From the human T2T-CHM13v2.0 reference genome, Homo sapiens: a DNA stretch of 64,000 nt. Both the position numbers and the translations under genes were made by a program. The stretch lies in NCBI RefSeq assembly GCF_009914755.1, contig NC_060926.1; one strand, 5' to 3'. Below, piece by piece: positions 43,961 through 59,893 of the stretch (positions are counted from its first letter, which is position 1; every line of letters begins with the position of its first letter). The notes under the pieces are model-generated. The model saw only the letters and a list, made by a program, of their open reading frames with translations, had not been told where the DNA came from and ran no database searches.

Positions 43961-45163
43961 TATGATTATTAGAGTTTAGTTGAGCCTCTGTTTACTGTGT
44001 TTAGCATTATCTGTTTCTCTTCTTTATTTTATTATATATAGAACAGGATAGACTATTAACAGGCTTACCAATAATGATGTTTTAGGGAAATAGGAGGAAG
44101 AAGAAAGATTACAGAGAAATTACCTATTTACGTTAAAGTTGTATTTGCATGTATTTATTCACTAGCAGCCCAGCAATTTTACCTTTTGAATATTGCTCTG
44201 GCCTCTTAATGTTGACTCTGTGGCATTTTAATGAGCTGTTTATTTGGCAAAATGTTTACTTATAACTTAACTACTCATTTGGTTTGTTCCTACTTTAATT
44301 TTGATTCTAACATGTTAGATAATTTTAATCTAATGTTTCTCTGATCTTCATGCACAACCCAAACACGTGTATAAGAGCATTCATTTCAAAGCACAGCAAC
44401 GCTCTTTTGGTGGTCTTGTTTTGTAGGGGCAATGGGGTGGGGAGAAACAATCTATTCGGAAGCAACTAATTGTAAATGAGCAGTAAGTCAAAGTATCTCT
44501 TTTCTGGAAGACTGATTTAAAAATCTTTCTTTGCATTACCTTGTCTTTATGAAACTTGTAATAAAAATGTCCTAGAATATCCCACAACAACTCTTTGTAA
44601 TGAGATACAATTCAGCTTGAAAGCTAAAGGATGCAAGATCATTTTGATGAGATGTCACGTATAAGGCACTGATCTCTGAGAGGGATGATATGGAATCTCC
44701 AGAGTAAGTCATCAGTCCTAACAACTGAAGAACTGAGAAGAGAACCAGGAAAAAACTGTTACAGGTAAGAAATGCAGTTATTTATGACTCATTCCTGCTG
44801 CCCTGTGAGTGACTGATGTTAAATTTCCTCAAAAAGTACCTCGAATTAGGAAGACAACTTTTCTCTGTCAGCCTGAGACTATATATCTTTAAAATGGGAG
44901 GTGACTCATGACCATTTTTAACACTGATTAACCCCCCAGTGTGATGTTCACATATAGAAGAGTATGACTTCGAGCTTCCTGAAATGTATCGTCTGAGAAA
45001 ATAGTGGGAAATGCTATACAGAAAAGAAGGGCCGGGATTGAGAGGGGATGAGAAACCACCCCTGCCCTCCAACACACAAGCAAAATATTCACAATGTATT
45101 CATTCCTCCATACTGCTATTTTTTCTGCTATCTTTGCCTCTTAGCTTGCGGGGCATATCTCCC

Positions 45164-45164
<1 letters not shown>

Positions 45165-45202
<38 letters not shown>

Positions 45203-45217
45203 CATGAGAGAGAGAGA
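45165..45217. repeat. (AC)18 microsatellite followed by short (GA)n
   Basis: Direct reading; perfect AC run 45165-45200. Confidence 0.97.
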
Positions 45218-45617
45218 AAGAAACAGCTAGATCATCTGGATCCATTTAGGGGCTGAATTTCCTAAGTGCCAGTGAGATAAACAGACCCTATAATATAGTT
45301 GTCACCTGAACAAACCAATGTTTGATCAATGTTCCATTTGCCTGGTGGAGTGTGAACCTTGCCTGAGTGCTGAAATGACAAATATTAGTAAATTATTATC
45401 ATCAGCCATCATCAGACAGTTGGTTCATTGTCCTGCATGGAGTGAATTATGAATTAGGAATCTATATGTAGCTATAAACGGTACCACAGCATGACCAGAT
45501 CATTGAACAATTGATTCAGCTGCTCCATGCTTTCTGAACAGATCAAATCCCTCATCCGGAACCATTGAATCCGCAGTGGCATCTCTCCCCTAGAAGCTCT
45601 TAGCACTAATGCCGGTA

Positions 45618-46760
<1,143 letters not shown>

Positions 46761-47349
46761 CCTCTGATTCCCGCCCCCGCAACCCCCGGCCTTTTTTTTT
46801 TTTTTTTCTAACATCTGATCTGATCTGGCTATGTCATCATTGCTTTTTCCACTGTAAAAAGACTTTTCTCAAAATGAAGAGTTTTTCCAAGGCGCAGAAG
46901 GCCAGGTCAGCCATGTGGTTTTTGCTCATTTGTGTGTGCATTATTCATACAACATTGTCTTCAGATTCTGTTTTCTTGATGAACTCTTTTGGAGCCACTT
47001 GTCCATTTTGTGAGAATTCATTTAAATTATTACTGTCAGCATAATTGCATAGCTGTAAACTGCAACATGTCTATATGCTAAGTGAACAACTAGGGATGCT
47101 GTGGATGATCCAGAGGGTTTTGGAATTTCCATTCTTTCTTGGGAAGCTTACTTACCACATGAAATTACGGTAATAAATGAATGAGACTACCGGTTTCAGT
47201 CCATACATTTAATACTTCAGAGCTTAACTGATTTCTTATTTTATTAGAAATACTTAAACAGTGTTTTAGACTTTCTTCCTACACCTGCCATATTGGATCC
47301 CCTTACACAGCCCACTTGGGGGACTCCTGGTCTATCTAACTTCTTTGAC

Positions 47350-47742
47350 TTCAGGGCTTTGCATAAGCTATTCTCTACCTGGACCATTCTGCTCTCCCTC
47401 TCTCCTTAGCTACCAACTGCTACTTACCTTTCCGGTTTCATCTGTAATACCATTTCCTCATGTAGACATTCCCAGATGTTCCCTGTGCTCTCAGTTTAGG
47501 CGAGGTCTCTCTGTCATAAGCTCTTACTGAACCCTACTGCTTCCTCACAGAGCCCTTCCTAGCACATAGTAACAGATTTACCTGTGTGGTTGAGAATGGG
47601 CTCTCTACTCTCCAGAAAATGTAAGTTCTCAGTCCGTAAGAATAGAGACCATACCCATATTCCATTGCATGCTCAGCACTTAGCGCTGCGCTTCACAAAG
47701 GGCATCCAATGGATATTTGCAGAATAAATGAATGAATGATTG
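47350..47742 (+). mobile_element. L2 3' portion
   Basis: 'ctcagcacttagc...ggatatttgcagaataaatgaatgaatga'. Confidence 0.7.
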
Positions 47743-47789
47743 ATAGACTATGAATCTGGGACTTACTCATTTACGCGACATCATAGATC

Positions 47790-47925
47790 ACACAGTTATG
47801 CCCCCTTATGTAATTGATAGGAAAACTATAACATAAGAGGTCTATGTGGCACACTCCAGTCACACTGTTAGTTGATAACAGTAGTAGGAAGAAAACCTGA
47901 GGCTCTTGGTCTCCAGGCCCAGCAC
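47790..47925 (-). mobile_element. MIR fragment
   Basis: 'gataggaaaactataacataagagg...cagtcacactgttagt'. Confidence 0.55.
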
Positions 47926-48119
47926 TTTTTGTACGCATTTCAGAAGGTGCTAAAGAAAAGCTAACTTTGAAAACCGCCTCCTTATTTAGATAATCAGATA
48001 TCCTGAGACCAAAAGCCGTCTTGAAAGAGCATATAAAATAAATTTATGAAAATGAATACTTAAAATCAGTAAAACATATGTAGTCATGATTGTGTTTAAA
48101 AAAAAACAGTAAAACAAAG

Positions 48120-49382
<1,263 letters not shown>

Positions 49383-50351
49383 TAAGACTTACACACCTTC
49401 TTACAACTAGGTCTGGACAGAACTGTGCATACACACTGCAAACACCAGCAGTCTCCCTGCAGTGTCATACTCAGACCAGTGCCTTTTTCCCAACAAAAGT
49501 TGTAGGAACTACATAGCTCATCCAGCGCAACTTTCCAGCATCCCTTTCCATCCCGTGTGTGGGGCAAATCAAATCAAGAGGAATACATATCAGGGGTTTC
49601 TCGATAAGCAATCATTAAATGAATGTGCCAGAATCCTTAGTGGTGTTAAATTTGTACAAAAAGATAATGTTCCTTAAGACATTGGCCCTTCTTCTCCTCT
49701 TCTCCCAGCAAACTCATCCTATGCATCAATATCCATCTGTAAATCCACTAGCTTTAAAACTTCCCTGACCAGCTCAGCTTAAAGTAAGCTCCTCCTCTAA
49801 CCCAGTCATTCATGCTTACTCTGTTAAACTGGCAAGAGACTGCCCGGTGACATCCCACCTCTTGCTTTCTTCAGCTATTTAAATCTTTGCTTATTGTTTA
49901 ACTTTATGTTTGTCTAATTTTCCAGACAGAGTAGGAACCTTGTGTTAAACTGCTCTATATACAGCCTTGCCATAATGAAACATCTAATAAATACTTTCAA
50001 ATTCAAAAAACCACAGACAAGAAAGCCAGAAGGGCATGAATTCTTTTTACTTTGTTGATTGATGTATTTGTGCTTCCTTCTCTCCTTCCAGAGTTTAATG
50101 TTCACTATTCGTGAGAATAAATTCAACACCTAAAATTAATAACGAATTTCAGACATATTTGATGTTAATGTATAAGCCCAAGAAGACTGAAAAACTCCAC
50201 AGTAGCCAAGAAGTGCAAGTTAGCAAAGAAGAAAGAGAAAAACTGATTTCAACTATAGAATGATATTCATGTTTCACATCGAATAAAATATCATGAAAAA
50301 ATGATATGAAAACTTAAAAAGATAACTAGTCTTGTCAAATAGAAATGGGTG

Positions 50352-50377
50352 GTGTGTGTGTGTGTGTGTGTGTGTGT
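50352..50377. repeat. (GT)13 microsatellite
   Basis: Direct reading. Confidence 0.95.
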
Positions 50378-51509
50378 TTTAAATTTAAAAATGAAATTCA
50401 AGGCTCCTTTGCTTAATGAAGCTAGTTCTTTCATCTTTTAAAATGACAGGTAAAGTAAAAGCTGAAGTTTGGGGGGAAAGGGAGATTTAAGGGCCTCCCT
50501 TCAGACATTAATAAACACTATTCCACATTCTAAAACTATTAGACATAATTTGGCATAATTGCCAATCTTTCCTGAGCAAATGCATACAACTCAGTTGTTT
50601 TACCTACTAACCTCTTTCCACAAAGAGAATGATCACCCCAATTGGGGATCCAAGGTTTATGCTTTCAGAGAGGCATTTTGAAGAAATATATTCTTGATCC
50701 TGTATATTAAAACAGAAATTTTATTTTCTCAAACTCACCATAAGGAGTGGAACAGAGACACATATTTGTTGACACCAAAAGATATTTTCTAAGATGCTTG
50801 TATAGAAGAAAATTTATGTAAGGAGAATGAAGCCATTTATTTTTATTTCCTTTCAGCCAAATTCCACTTTAAGTTTGTCGAATTCAGAAATTGTATAGAC
50901 CTTAAAAATATTTTACTCTGTTAACATATGCTTTCTTATGGTGATTTCCTGTCCAGCTTGTCTCATCTGTCCAATTTAAATCTTAACCCCTCAAGGCAGA
51001 TACTGTGTATTTTACAGTGTTTTCTTCAGAGCAGTATTATGCTGACAAGTTCAGTAAATCTTAAACAGCAATAGATCTTCCTTTGTCATTCTTCTGCTAA
51101 CTTTTAGTTTGTCTGGCTCCCTAATTTCAATGCTTGTAGATCAGTGTCCTTTAACTGAACTATTGTAGTAGTAGGAATTTTCTAAATTTTGATTATTCAC
51201 TTGGGATCTATTCCTTAGAATATAGCAAGAGGAAAGAAGAAAGAAAAAGATCCAGGAACCGGGGAGGGAGGGAAAGGGTCATATTGATTACAGTGAAACG
51301 AAAGATAGTCTTTCTTTCTTATTTGGGTAGGATATAGCTTTTCAAAGACCACCAATGCTTCTTAACAACGGATAGGATATTTTACTATTCCTACTATATT
51401 TTAAACCTGTTCATTTCCTACCTTCTCACCCTATTTGTCAAAAATACATATAATAATCAGTAAGTTAAGAATTCACCATTGATGTCAATTCACAGAAATG
51501 TTTGCTGGA

Positions 51510-51791
51510 TTTTTTTTTTTCTTTTTTGAGATGAAGTCTCACTCTGTCACCCAGGCTGGAGTGAAGTGGCATGATCTCAGCTCACTGCAACCTCCGTCTC
51601 CCGGGTTCAAGTGATTCTCCTGCCTCAGCCTCCCTAGTAGCTGGGATTAAAGGCACGCATCACCACACCCAGCTAATTTTTTTTTTTTTTGTATTTTTTT
51701 TAGTAGAAACCAGGTTTCACCGTGTTAGCCAGAGTGGTCTCGATCTTCTGACCTCGTGATCCACCAGCCTTGCCCTCCCAAAGTGCTGGGA
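51510..51791 (-). mobile_element. AluSc/Sx-like element missing its first ~25 nt
   Basis: Ends at 'ctcccaaagtgctggga'; expanded middle A-tract. Confidence 0.9.
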
Positions 51792-54700
51792 GGAGTATTT
51801 TTAAAGTTGTTTTACCTTTGTACATACTGAAAAGCATCACAATTAATGAGAAAAATAAATGCAGAAAATCCTTCTATATTAGAAGGCTCTCCTGGGTCAT
51901 GCAAACTTGTTAACAGATATTTCTTCGGGATAACTTGAGAACCTTCACAGTAGACGATGCTAGTGCTGTGCTGACTATAGTGTTTACAATGAATCATTGA
52001 ATAAATTGTTACCATCCACGGAGGCTGCCTCTCTGGATAATTAGCAATTTCAATTTAAGGAAGATACTATAAAGTACACTTCAGCTTCGACATCAGTAGA
52101 CCAAACACTGGGGTAAGTAGTTACATTAGACTGCTTTAAATACTACCTAGAACTTTTATTTTTAATCATATACTCTTATAAATTTCTATCTAAAACATTA
52201 TATATAATCCTTTAGAGCATGTAGTAAAAATTTGAGATCTTATAACACAGCAATGAAATTACACTATAATTTTAGTGATTTGTCAAAAGACTTCAAGATA
52301 GAATTTATTTTCTGTACATAAGTAACAGAATGTAGAAACTGTGCCTACTATTTTCATAGCTTTTCTTTTTTTCCAGTTTTGTATGCGCACTTATAACAAT
52401 AAGAGATGTAGAACATTCCATACGGTCACTAATTTGATTATATCTCTGTCTACGAATTAAGTTGATGGGTGCATTTCACTCAGGAAATTCAGTGCTCTGA
52501 AGTTGAAATACAGGTTTTATGACCTATGTACCGATCTCTATTTTGTTACTAAAAAGACCTTTAGACATTCAACACTAGGAAAAGATTCTCTGAGGCTTGA
52601 TGCTGCTTTGTGACTAAGATTTTTAAGCAAGAAGAATTTACTCAAACGTTTTTGCAAGTTCATAGTTCAAAAAAGTTCTTATTACAATCAATAAATAAAT
52701 TTAACATAAATTATCTCAGTTGTTATTTCATAACTTAAAAAATAGAAAAAAGGTGCATATATATTATTTGTCCCAGATTTTGAACTAATAGAGGGAAAAA
52801 AATCCTTTTCTCAGGCAAGATCAAAAATAGACCTTAATAAAATTTGACCCAATGACTTCTCTTACTTCATTAGCCCTTCACACAATACCCAGGAAGATCA
52901 CGAAATACAGATACAAAAGAAAAATATACGATCAGATCATTATAATGTATAGTCTCTGAGATGATTTTCATAAATACATAGCTGTTTAGAAAAGATATTA
53001 TTATGAAAGACAAAGCAGAGATAACATATGTAATTAGAACCATAATACTTTAATAACATGGTATTCTCCAAAAAGCTCAAAACACATTTTTAAAAATTAG
53101 CACCTCATAATAATCATTATAGAAAGGTAGGTATCCTATATGTGACCACCAGACTTTAACAAAGAGGTAGGTTTTTATTTATTTTTTTTAACAGCTTTGT
53201 GTTACACTCTCAGAAATGTATTTTAAAATTAAGTGATCAGAAGACATTACTACTAGCAGCATTAGCAGAGAAGAGCCCTCTATAAAATCACCAGTGAGAC
53301 ACTGAATCATTTCTTCTGTTAGTGAAAGTCATAGGCAAAAGTTCTAAAATTCTACAATTACAAAAATAAATCAAGCCAGTGTGTCATTTCTGCTTTTCTA
53401 CATTAATAAATTAACCATGTAACATTGTTCAAAATTATGTCAGTTACGCATATAATAATCTTTTAAATTAATGAAGTGATGAAGCAGTTTGATGACACCC
53501 ATGATTTACAGGGCTGCTTTTAGCTAATGTTAAAAGCCTTTCGCTTAATAAATTGCCCCCTTGAGAAATTACCAAAAATGAATATTTTCAATGCTAAATG
53601 TTTCAAGGTTTACACTTTTTAAATATATTAACAAATGGCAAGGGAGACACATTTTTCAAAATATATCTTCTTTTACATATATTTAATTGAAATTAATTAG
53701 TATATTACTTTAAAAGGAAATGATTATACAGGATCATTTATGAGAATTTTTGTGATGCAATAAACCTGAATTTAAACAACTAAATTAATCCTATCTTTAC
53801 AAAATTTGTAGAATGAATTGAGAATCATTTCAAGCTTTTTGATTAAAGAGAAACAATTCTACAAAATCTACATTCTTAAAATATAGCTAGTGCTCTTCAT
53901 CGATATTATTGCTTTAATTCTTTGTTTGCATTATTTATCAAGATTGAAATGGTATTACTAATAAGCTTCATAATTTTTATAATAATTTGTGTTTTGTTCA
54001 CCTTTATCTAAACATTTCTTTATGAATTGTTATATGTGATATTAACTCCTGTGTATTTCTCAGTTTTAATAATGAGCAACAACAATCAGACCTTACAGTC
54101 AAAGTACATCATTTCCATTGTCTTGTGGTTTTATGTGGCCTCTGAGACATGTCTGAATACAGGAGAAATAATATCTTATGGAGAGATGTTATGTAAGTTC
54201 ATTAGGAAAGCAAAATAGATTTCAGACAATCCAGGATATGCTTGTGTGTCATAACAGCAAAAAAGAAATGGAGCTAAATATAACTAGCAAAGAAAGCCTG
54301 AAATTGATGTTCCCTGTGCTTATGGATTTGTTTTTCATAATGTGGAGCCTGATTTTTATTACACTTCTGAATTAGTAATGTGCCTAGTACATTGGGCCAA
54401 TTTCTTTCAAAGCATTTGCAGCTCCAGCCCTGAAAACAGAATAATTAATTTGTGCTTCTTGAGCCCAACAGATGTAATTTTAGGCAGGCAGATGTCAAGA
54501 AAATAACTTTTAGAATTCTTATAATTGATGGCAATGTAATGGAGAATTGCCTGTTGGCATTTCAAATGATTTTAAGGAATTTTAAACTTTCATCAATGAA
54601 TTTTTAATGCATACTAATAATGGACTCTCATGGGTTTGTAGCCTATGCATAGTGAAACAGAACTTTAAGCATAATATTATTTTCCTTTAAAAATGGCTTG

Positions 54701-56399
54701 GAGAAAGTAATAAAGTGTTGGAAATGAAAGACTTCCCTTTTTTATAATATATAACTGCATCAAACTACTCATGAATACAATTATTTGAGTCAGTCATATT
54801 TTTGAGAGTTAATAAAGAAAATTTGAAAGAATCAATGGTCTTTCAAATACACATATCCAGTATATGAACATTTGCAGAAGGATCCCTGTTTACTACTAGA
54901 GCTATATTTACATTCGCATCACTTCTCCCACCACCCCCCCGCAAAGGAGCCTGTATACTCCCTAGAGGTCTCCGTGCATTTTGAAGAAATATCACATGAG
55001 CTTTAGGATGGCAAATTGCAAAATATTACACATCTCAAAGTTTCAAATATCTGATATTGCTAGCACTGATATTGAAGTCTTTAGTGTCATTGGGACTATT
55101 TCCAAAAAGTCCTTCAAAGAGTACAAAATTATATAGGTGTAGAAATTGACAAAATTCTTGTCTGGCTGAACTAAAATCTACGAAAATCACAAGAGAGGTG
55201 GGAGGGATATCAAGAGCTCTCAGAGAACCTGTGATTATCAACAGAAAAGCAGCTGGCCCTATTTAGGGATGGATAATTTTAAAACATAGAAGTTTAATTT
55301 CTGATGGATCAAACCACATGTTCTAATCCACACTAACTATGGGAAATATGATTTTATGTCTCTGAATCTTAGTTTTATCTGTGCTTAAAGTGGACTAGAG
55401 CTACCTATTTTTAGCGAGAATTACAGCATCTTTTTCCACCCTCCTCTGTTGAACTGTAGAAACACAATGAGATAACATACGAAAGCATTTTTAACTCTTT
55501 GAAACAATTGTATCATATAGACCTGAGATTCAAGTAACTTGATTTTTCCAATTTGTGAAAGTAGATAAGGAAGTAAGTACAGACTAAATACATATTGATA
55601 GTGTATGCACATGTTTTTACATATCTGAAATTCTTATATGGTTTTTATGGCAAATTTCCTTTTTTAAGTATGTTCAATTGTGATAATAAATTTATATTCC
55701 CTGTGCATGCTTCAACAAACTACTGAGAAGAGGAGGACAAGAAACTTTCTCCAGCAGTGGAGGAAAGCTTGATTTTTTCCCTATCATGTTCTAAATGGAA
55801 ACCTCATTGGAAACTTTACGTCTTAAGTTTATAGAAACAGACACACAGTGGCTGCGAGGCTTACAGAAGTATCCGCGCTCTGTCCATTTTTAAGGCTGCA
55901 CTTTGGAAGTTGGGCAAATCTTTTACTTTTTACAACACAGAGAACAGCAAAGCTGCTGCTGTTTTTCAAAATAGAGTGCAGTCTGCCTCACAGAGATCCA
56001 ATAAAATGCTCTATTTATTGGCTAAGCATTAACAGTGTCTCTTATTTTCCTCCTGTGACCCTCCTTGGCAGTTAGTCACACATTCCGAGTAAGCAGACGC
56101 CACAAAAATATCCCTTATGTATATGGAAAAAGAAAAATCCTAATTGGCCATCGACCTCTTCCTTCCAGCTTCCCTGGTGTCATAACCCAGTGGCTTCCAA
56201 TTTGTCACCCCTAGGGCTGGGCAATCTGGACTAAGAAGATGACAAGGCAGGCAAGGCTAAGCACCAGATTCAGGGCCAGTTCCTTGCCCTACCCAGAATT
56301 GTCACTTCGATGAGCAAAGCCCCACTGATGGCCATCACTGTCAGCTGAATCAGCATTTGTGAAAATGTAGTGCACACCACAACACCGTGTTATTCAGAG

Positions 56400-56648
56400 C
56401 AGTGGTTATTACTTTGTTTTTATTTTATTTATTTTTGCTGTTACCTTCTATTCATAGCTGTAATATTGCAATTCTATTTACAATAATGACATAAAATTCC
56501 CTTTTAAAATAGATTTATTTATACTTTAAAGAAGATTTAGAGAAGTCTTCTATGCAACTAAAGTTATGCAACTAATAGCATAAGGAAGCAAAGACATGGC
56601 AATAATCATGAAAATGATTTGTGAATAGCTGAAGATGAGACCACACTG
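56400..56648. mobile_element. hAT-Charlie-type MITE (MER family not assigned)
   Basis: cagtg...cactg termini with degenerate 8-bp TSD attcagag/aatcaaag. Confidence 0.5.
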
Positions 56649-56769
56649 AATCAAAGAACGCTAAAGCGATTGTGGGGAGAAAGTGACCACTCTCCCTTTC
56701 AGCTAGATTTTTATAATTACAGAATTTTATAGTAAATTTTTAATTTGATCTCTTTATGGCAATATCAAA

Positions 56770-56870
56770 GTAGATATGATGTATTATTATCACCACTTTA
56801 CAGATGGGGAAACTGAGGATCAGAAGGCTCAGGCAGTTCACTAAAAGTCACACAGTTACAAATTCTGAGA
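56770..56870 (-). mobile_element. MIR core
   Basis: 'tattattatcaccactttacagatggggaaactgagg...aagtcacacagtta'. Confidence 0.8.
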
Positions 56871-59654
56871 GAAATATTAAGCCCTCAAAATGAGGCTTTC
56901 TGCCCCAAATAGTACACAATCTTCCGTTTCCCAGGCTATTCAATGAAGAAGATCACATGAAAGCTGAAGAGTTAAGTATTACCTTTGTATTAAAAGCAAC
57001 ATTTCAGTACATTTTCCAGCCATAGATACAAAAGGAAAATTCCTTCTGAGTAATATGAGATATGAACCTAACTGAACTAATTAATTCATGATGATGTTAG
57101 AAGGTTAACTACCCGATGGTGATAAAACATTTTACGGATGGAAAAATGCCATATTAAATACTAAAAATTACCATTACTTGTATCACTTTTCAGTGCTTAT
57201 ATTCAATAAAATTATAGGTAAAGAAAAAATATTAATATCATGCAGTTTTGACTCTTCTGATCAGTCCTTGGAGAGATGTTATTTAATCCTGTTTGTCACT
57301 ATTGTGGGGATATCAGCATTTGTCACTGAGGACTGATGGATCAGGTAGTTGATAAACATTTAGAGACGTGTATATCCAGGAGATGCCAACACTTTGTTGT
57401 TTTATAGGAAAGAATGAAAAGTATTAAACTTTGGTTTAGCCGCTATGTTTGTTTAAAAAGAAAAATAAAACAGAAGTCATAATTTGTGAAAGCAGAATTT
57501 GTAGTTTCAATAGCATATTTAGACATGAAGCTGTACTTTGGGACTACAATTCGTGACATCCTAAAATTAAAATGGTTCCTCAGAAATGTAAACACTTTGA
57601 CGTGAAAAGGTATATGCTCAGCCCCAAGCCAAAGTTACATATAGTGCCGGCAAAGTCTTTGATACCTCTAGTCAGTCAAATACACTCAAGATCTCAGCAT
57701 GGAAAGCCATGTTTTCTGATCCGAAACAAAAACAAAACAAAACAAAACAAAAAACCACATAAACAAAGATGTCTTTTATCCCTGCAATTTTCCAATTTAA
57801 TAGCCAATTTGAAGACTCTAATAGGAAATTTGATTTGGCTTTTCATAAGAATACTGTTTCACAGTATAATTTATATTTTTTTCAAAAGAATAAAAACCCT
57901 GCTGGTTTTAACTGTGTACTTTTGCATTTTCCAAGAAAATATTTCCTTTAGCAATATGGACAATATCAACTTGATACAAAGTAGGCATGTAATCTGAAAT
58001 AACACTCTGAAGTGTAAAGAAATGTAACCTAAACTCAAAGTGAAAGGCTAGAAACCACTTACACAGGCATAATTATTTGAACCCCCGACCTTTCATACTG
58101 AAATTAGTGAGCATTTTCATTTTCCATATGCAATCACTTACTGTCCTTTTTCTTCTATTAGTGTTTCAAGAAGCAAGGACATTTAAATGAAAAAAGAAGA
58201 GGAAGAAAGCCCTCTGTTAATTTGAAGCTGAGCATCTGATCCACTAAAATTGACAAAAGTATCCTCTTGAAAACTGCCACTTTCCAATAATACAGCCCCA
58301 CAGGAAGGAGATGTGCTGGAGAAAGAGCCAGTTAGTATGACTATTCTTTTCTTCCTATCAGTGGAGAGTCATGTCTTTCACTGCAAAGAGTTATTTTTCA
58401 GATTTTTTGAAAAAGGGCTTTCTTATAGATGAAACTACACAGAAAACTCATTTGTAAATGTCCCTGTCTGAACACTTTTCCACTCACTTCAGTGTTATGA
58501 GTAGGAGTCCTTTAAAAACCTCAGATGATGAATTGTTCTGTGACATGCAAACAGCTCAAAACCTGTTAGCTTTGAGAAGCTCACCACTAGCAACTTGCCT
58601 GTTCCCAAGTGTCTTGATTTTGATTGGTCAAGGAGAGGGCAAAAAGATTAAAATCTGCCTAAGCCAAGTGAGTATGCTTCACATATTTAAGGTCTACTTG
58701 ACTCAAGGAGGGGAAACTGACCCGGCCATCAGGCCATAGATTTTACCAGCCCCACCCTGAGTTCACATAATGAGTCATAGCCCAACTTCTTATAACTGCA
58801 GAGGGAGGCCGCTTCTTCCCTTTCTCAAAGTAGTTGGCAAACTCCTCAGAGTGATGACCTCTCACAAAGAGTTAGACAGTCATTAGCGGCTCAGCCACCA
58901 AGCCTATTGGTGTGGACTGAAGGGGAATCATTCTGCTGAAGTAAAACATGACTTTGACCTGGACGTCAGAGCAAAGCAAAGGTGGGACACCACAGCATGG
59001 GGGGTGCCCAGATGGCAGAGGCCAGGAAGTCTCCGAACAAAAGGGAAAGAAGAAATCAAACAATTTTCTGCTCCATTTTATCTCGATTCCTTGACATCCA
59101 GACCAAACCTGATTACACGGGCTTGTGTTAGGACTGGGCAGACCTGAACATGTCTGTAATTCAGGCTGAATGAGCTTTCCTGAAGTTCACATGCATACCT
59201 CAGGTTTTCCTACCACTTTCCCCCCTGCCCTGCCACTCTCAAGACCACCAGCCCCCCTCTTTCTACCCTGCTATGGATTCTCAGAATGCTTTAAAGAAGG
59301 TGATAGTTGAAATTTGGAAGAGCTTACTTAACAGTGGTGAGGGGAAAAAAAAAAAAACAGAACTCATTTTTGCACCAGCAGCTCCTTTTCCCAGTATAGC
59401 CAAATAATGACAGTTTAATTCAAAACATTCATCGAGAAATTCCTATACAAAGGCCACTAAATGAAAGAGCAGACAGCAAAAAAGCATCAAGGTGTGAGAA
59501 AAGGAGAATAAAGCTTTTGAATCAACTCTGCCAGGATACCCTTAAACAGAAGTGGGGTGGGGGAAACCAATCTTAGAATTAAGTGATTTGCGTAAGATTA
59601 ATCTGGAAGGAAGGGAGGGGAACCAAACCTTACCAACATTCACCAAACTTTAAA

Positions 59655-59845
59655 AAAGTTTTTCTTAACCAGGAGTAAATAGCATAATCGTATACCTGGG
59701 GATTCATGCCGAAACTTCTGAATCAGACACCCTGGGGCTGGGAACTAGTCAGCCAGGGTGTCTTCTGGATCACACACCCTGGAGAATGTGGACTTTAACA
59801 TTTCTTCTGAGTAATTTTGGCCTCCAGCCTGAGTAAGGATAGTTC
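59655..59845. mobile_element. MER5A-like hAT MITE, degraded
   Basis: 'acttctgaatcagacaccctgggg...tttaacatttcttctgagtaattt'. Confidence 0.45.
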
Positions 59846-59893
59846 TAGACCTATAGTTCTTAAACCTAGATGAGTAATTATAAGAATTACCTA

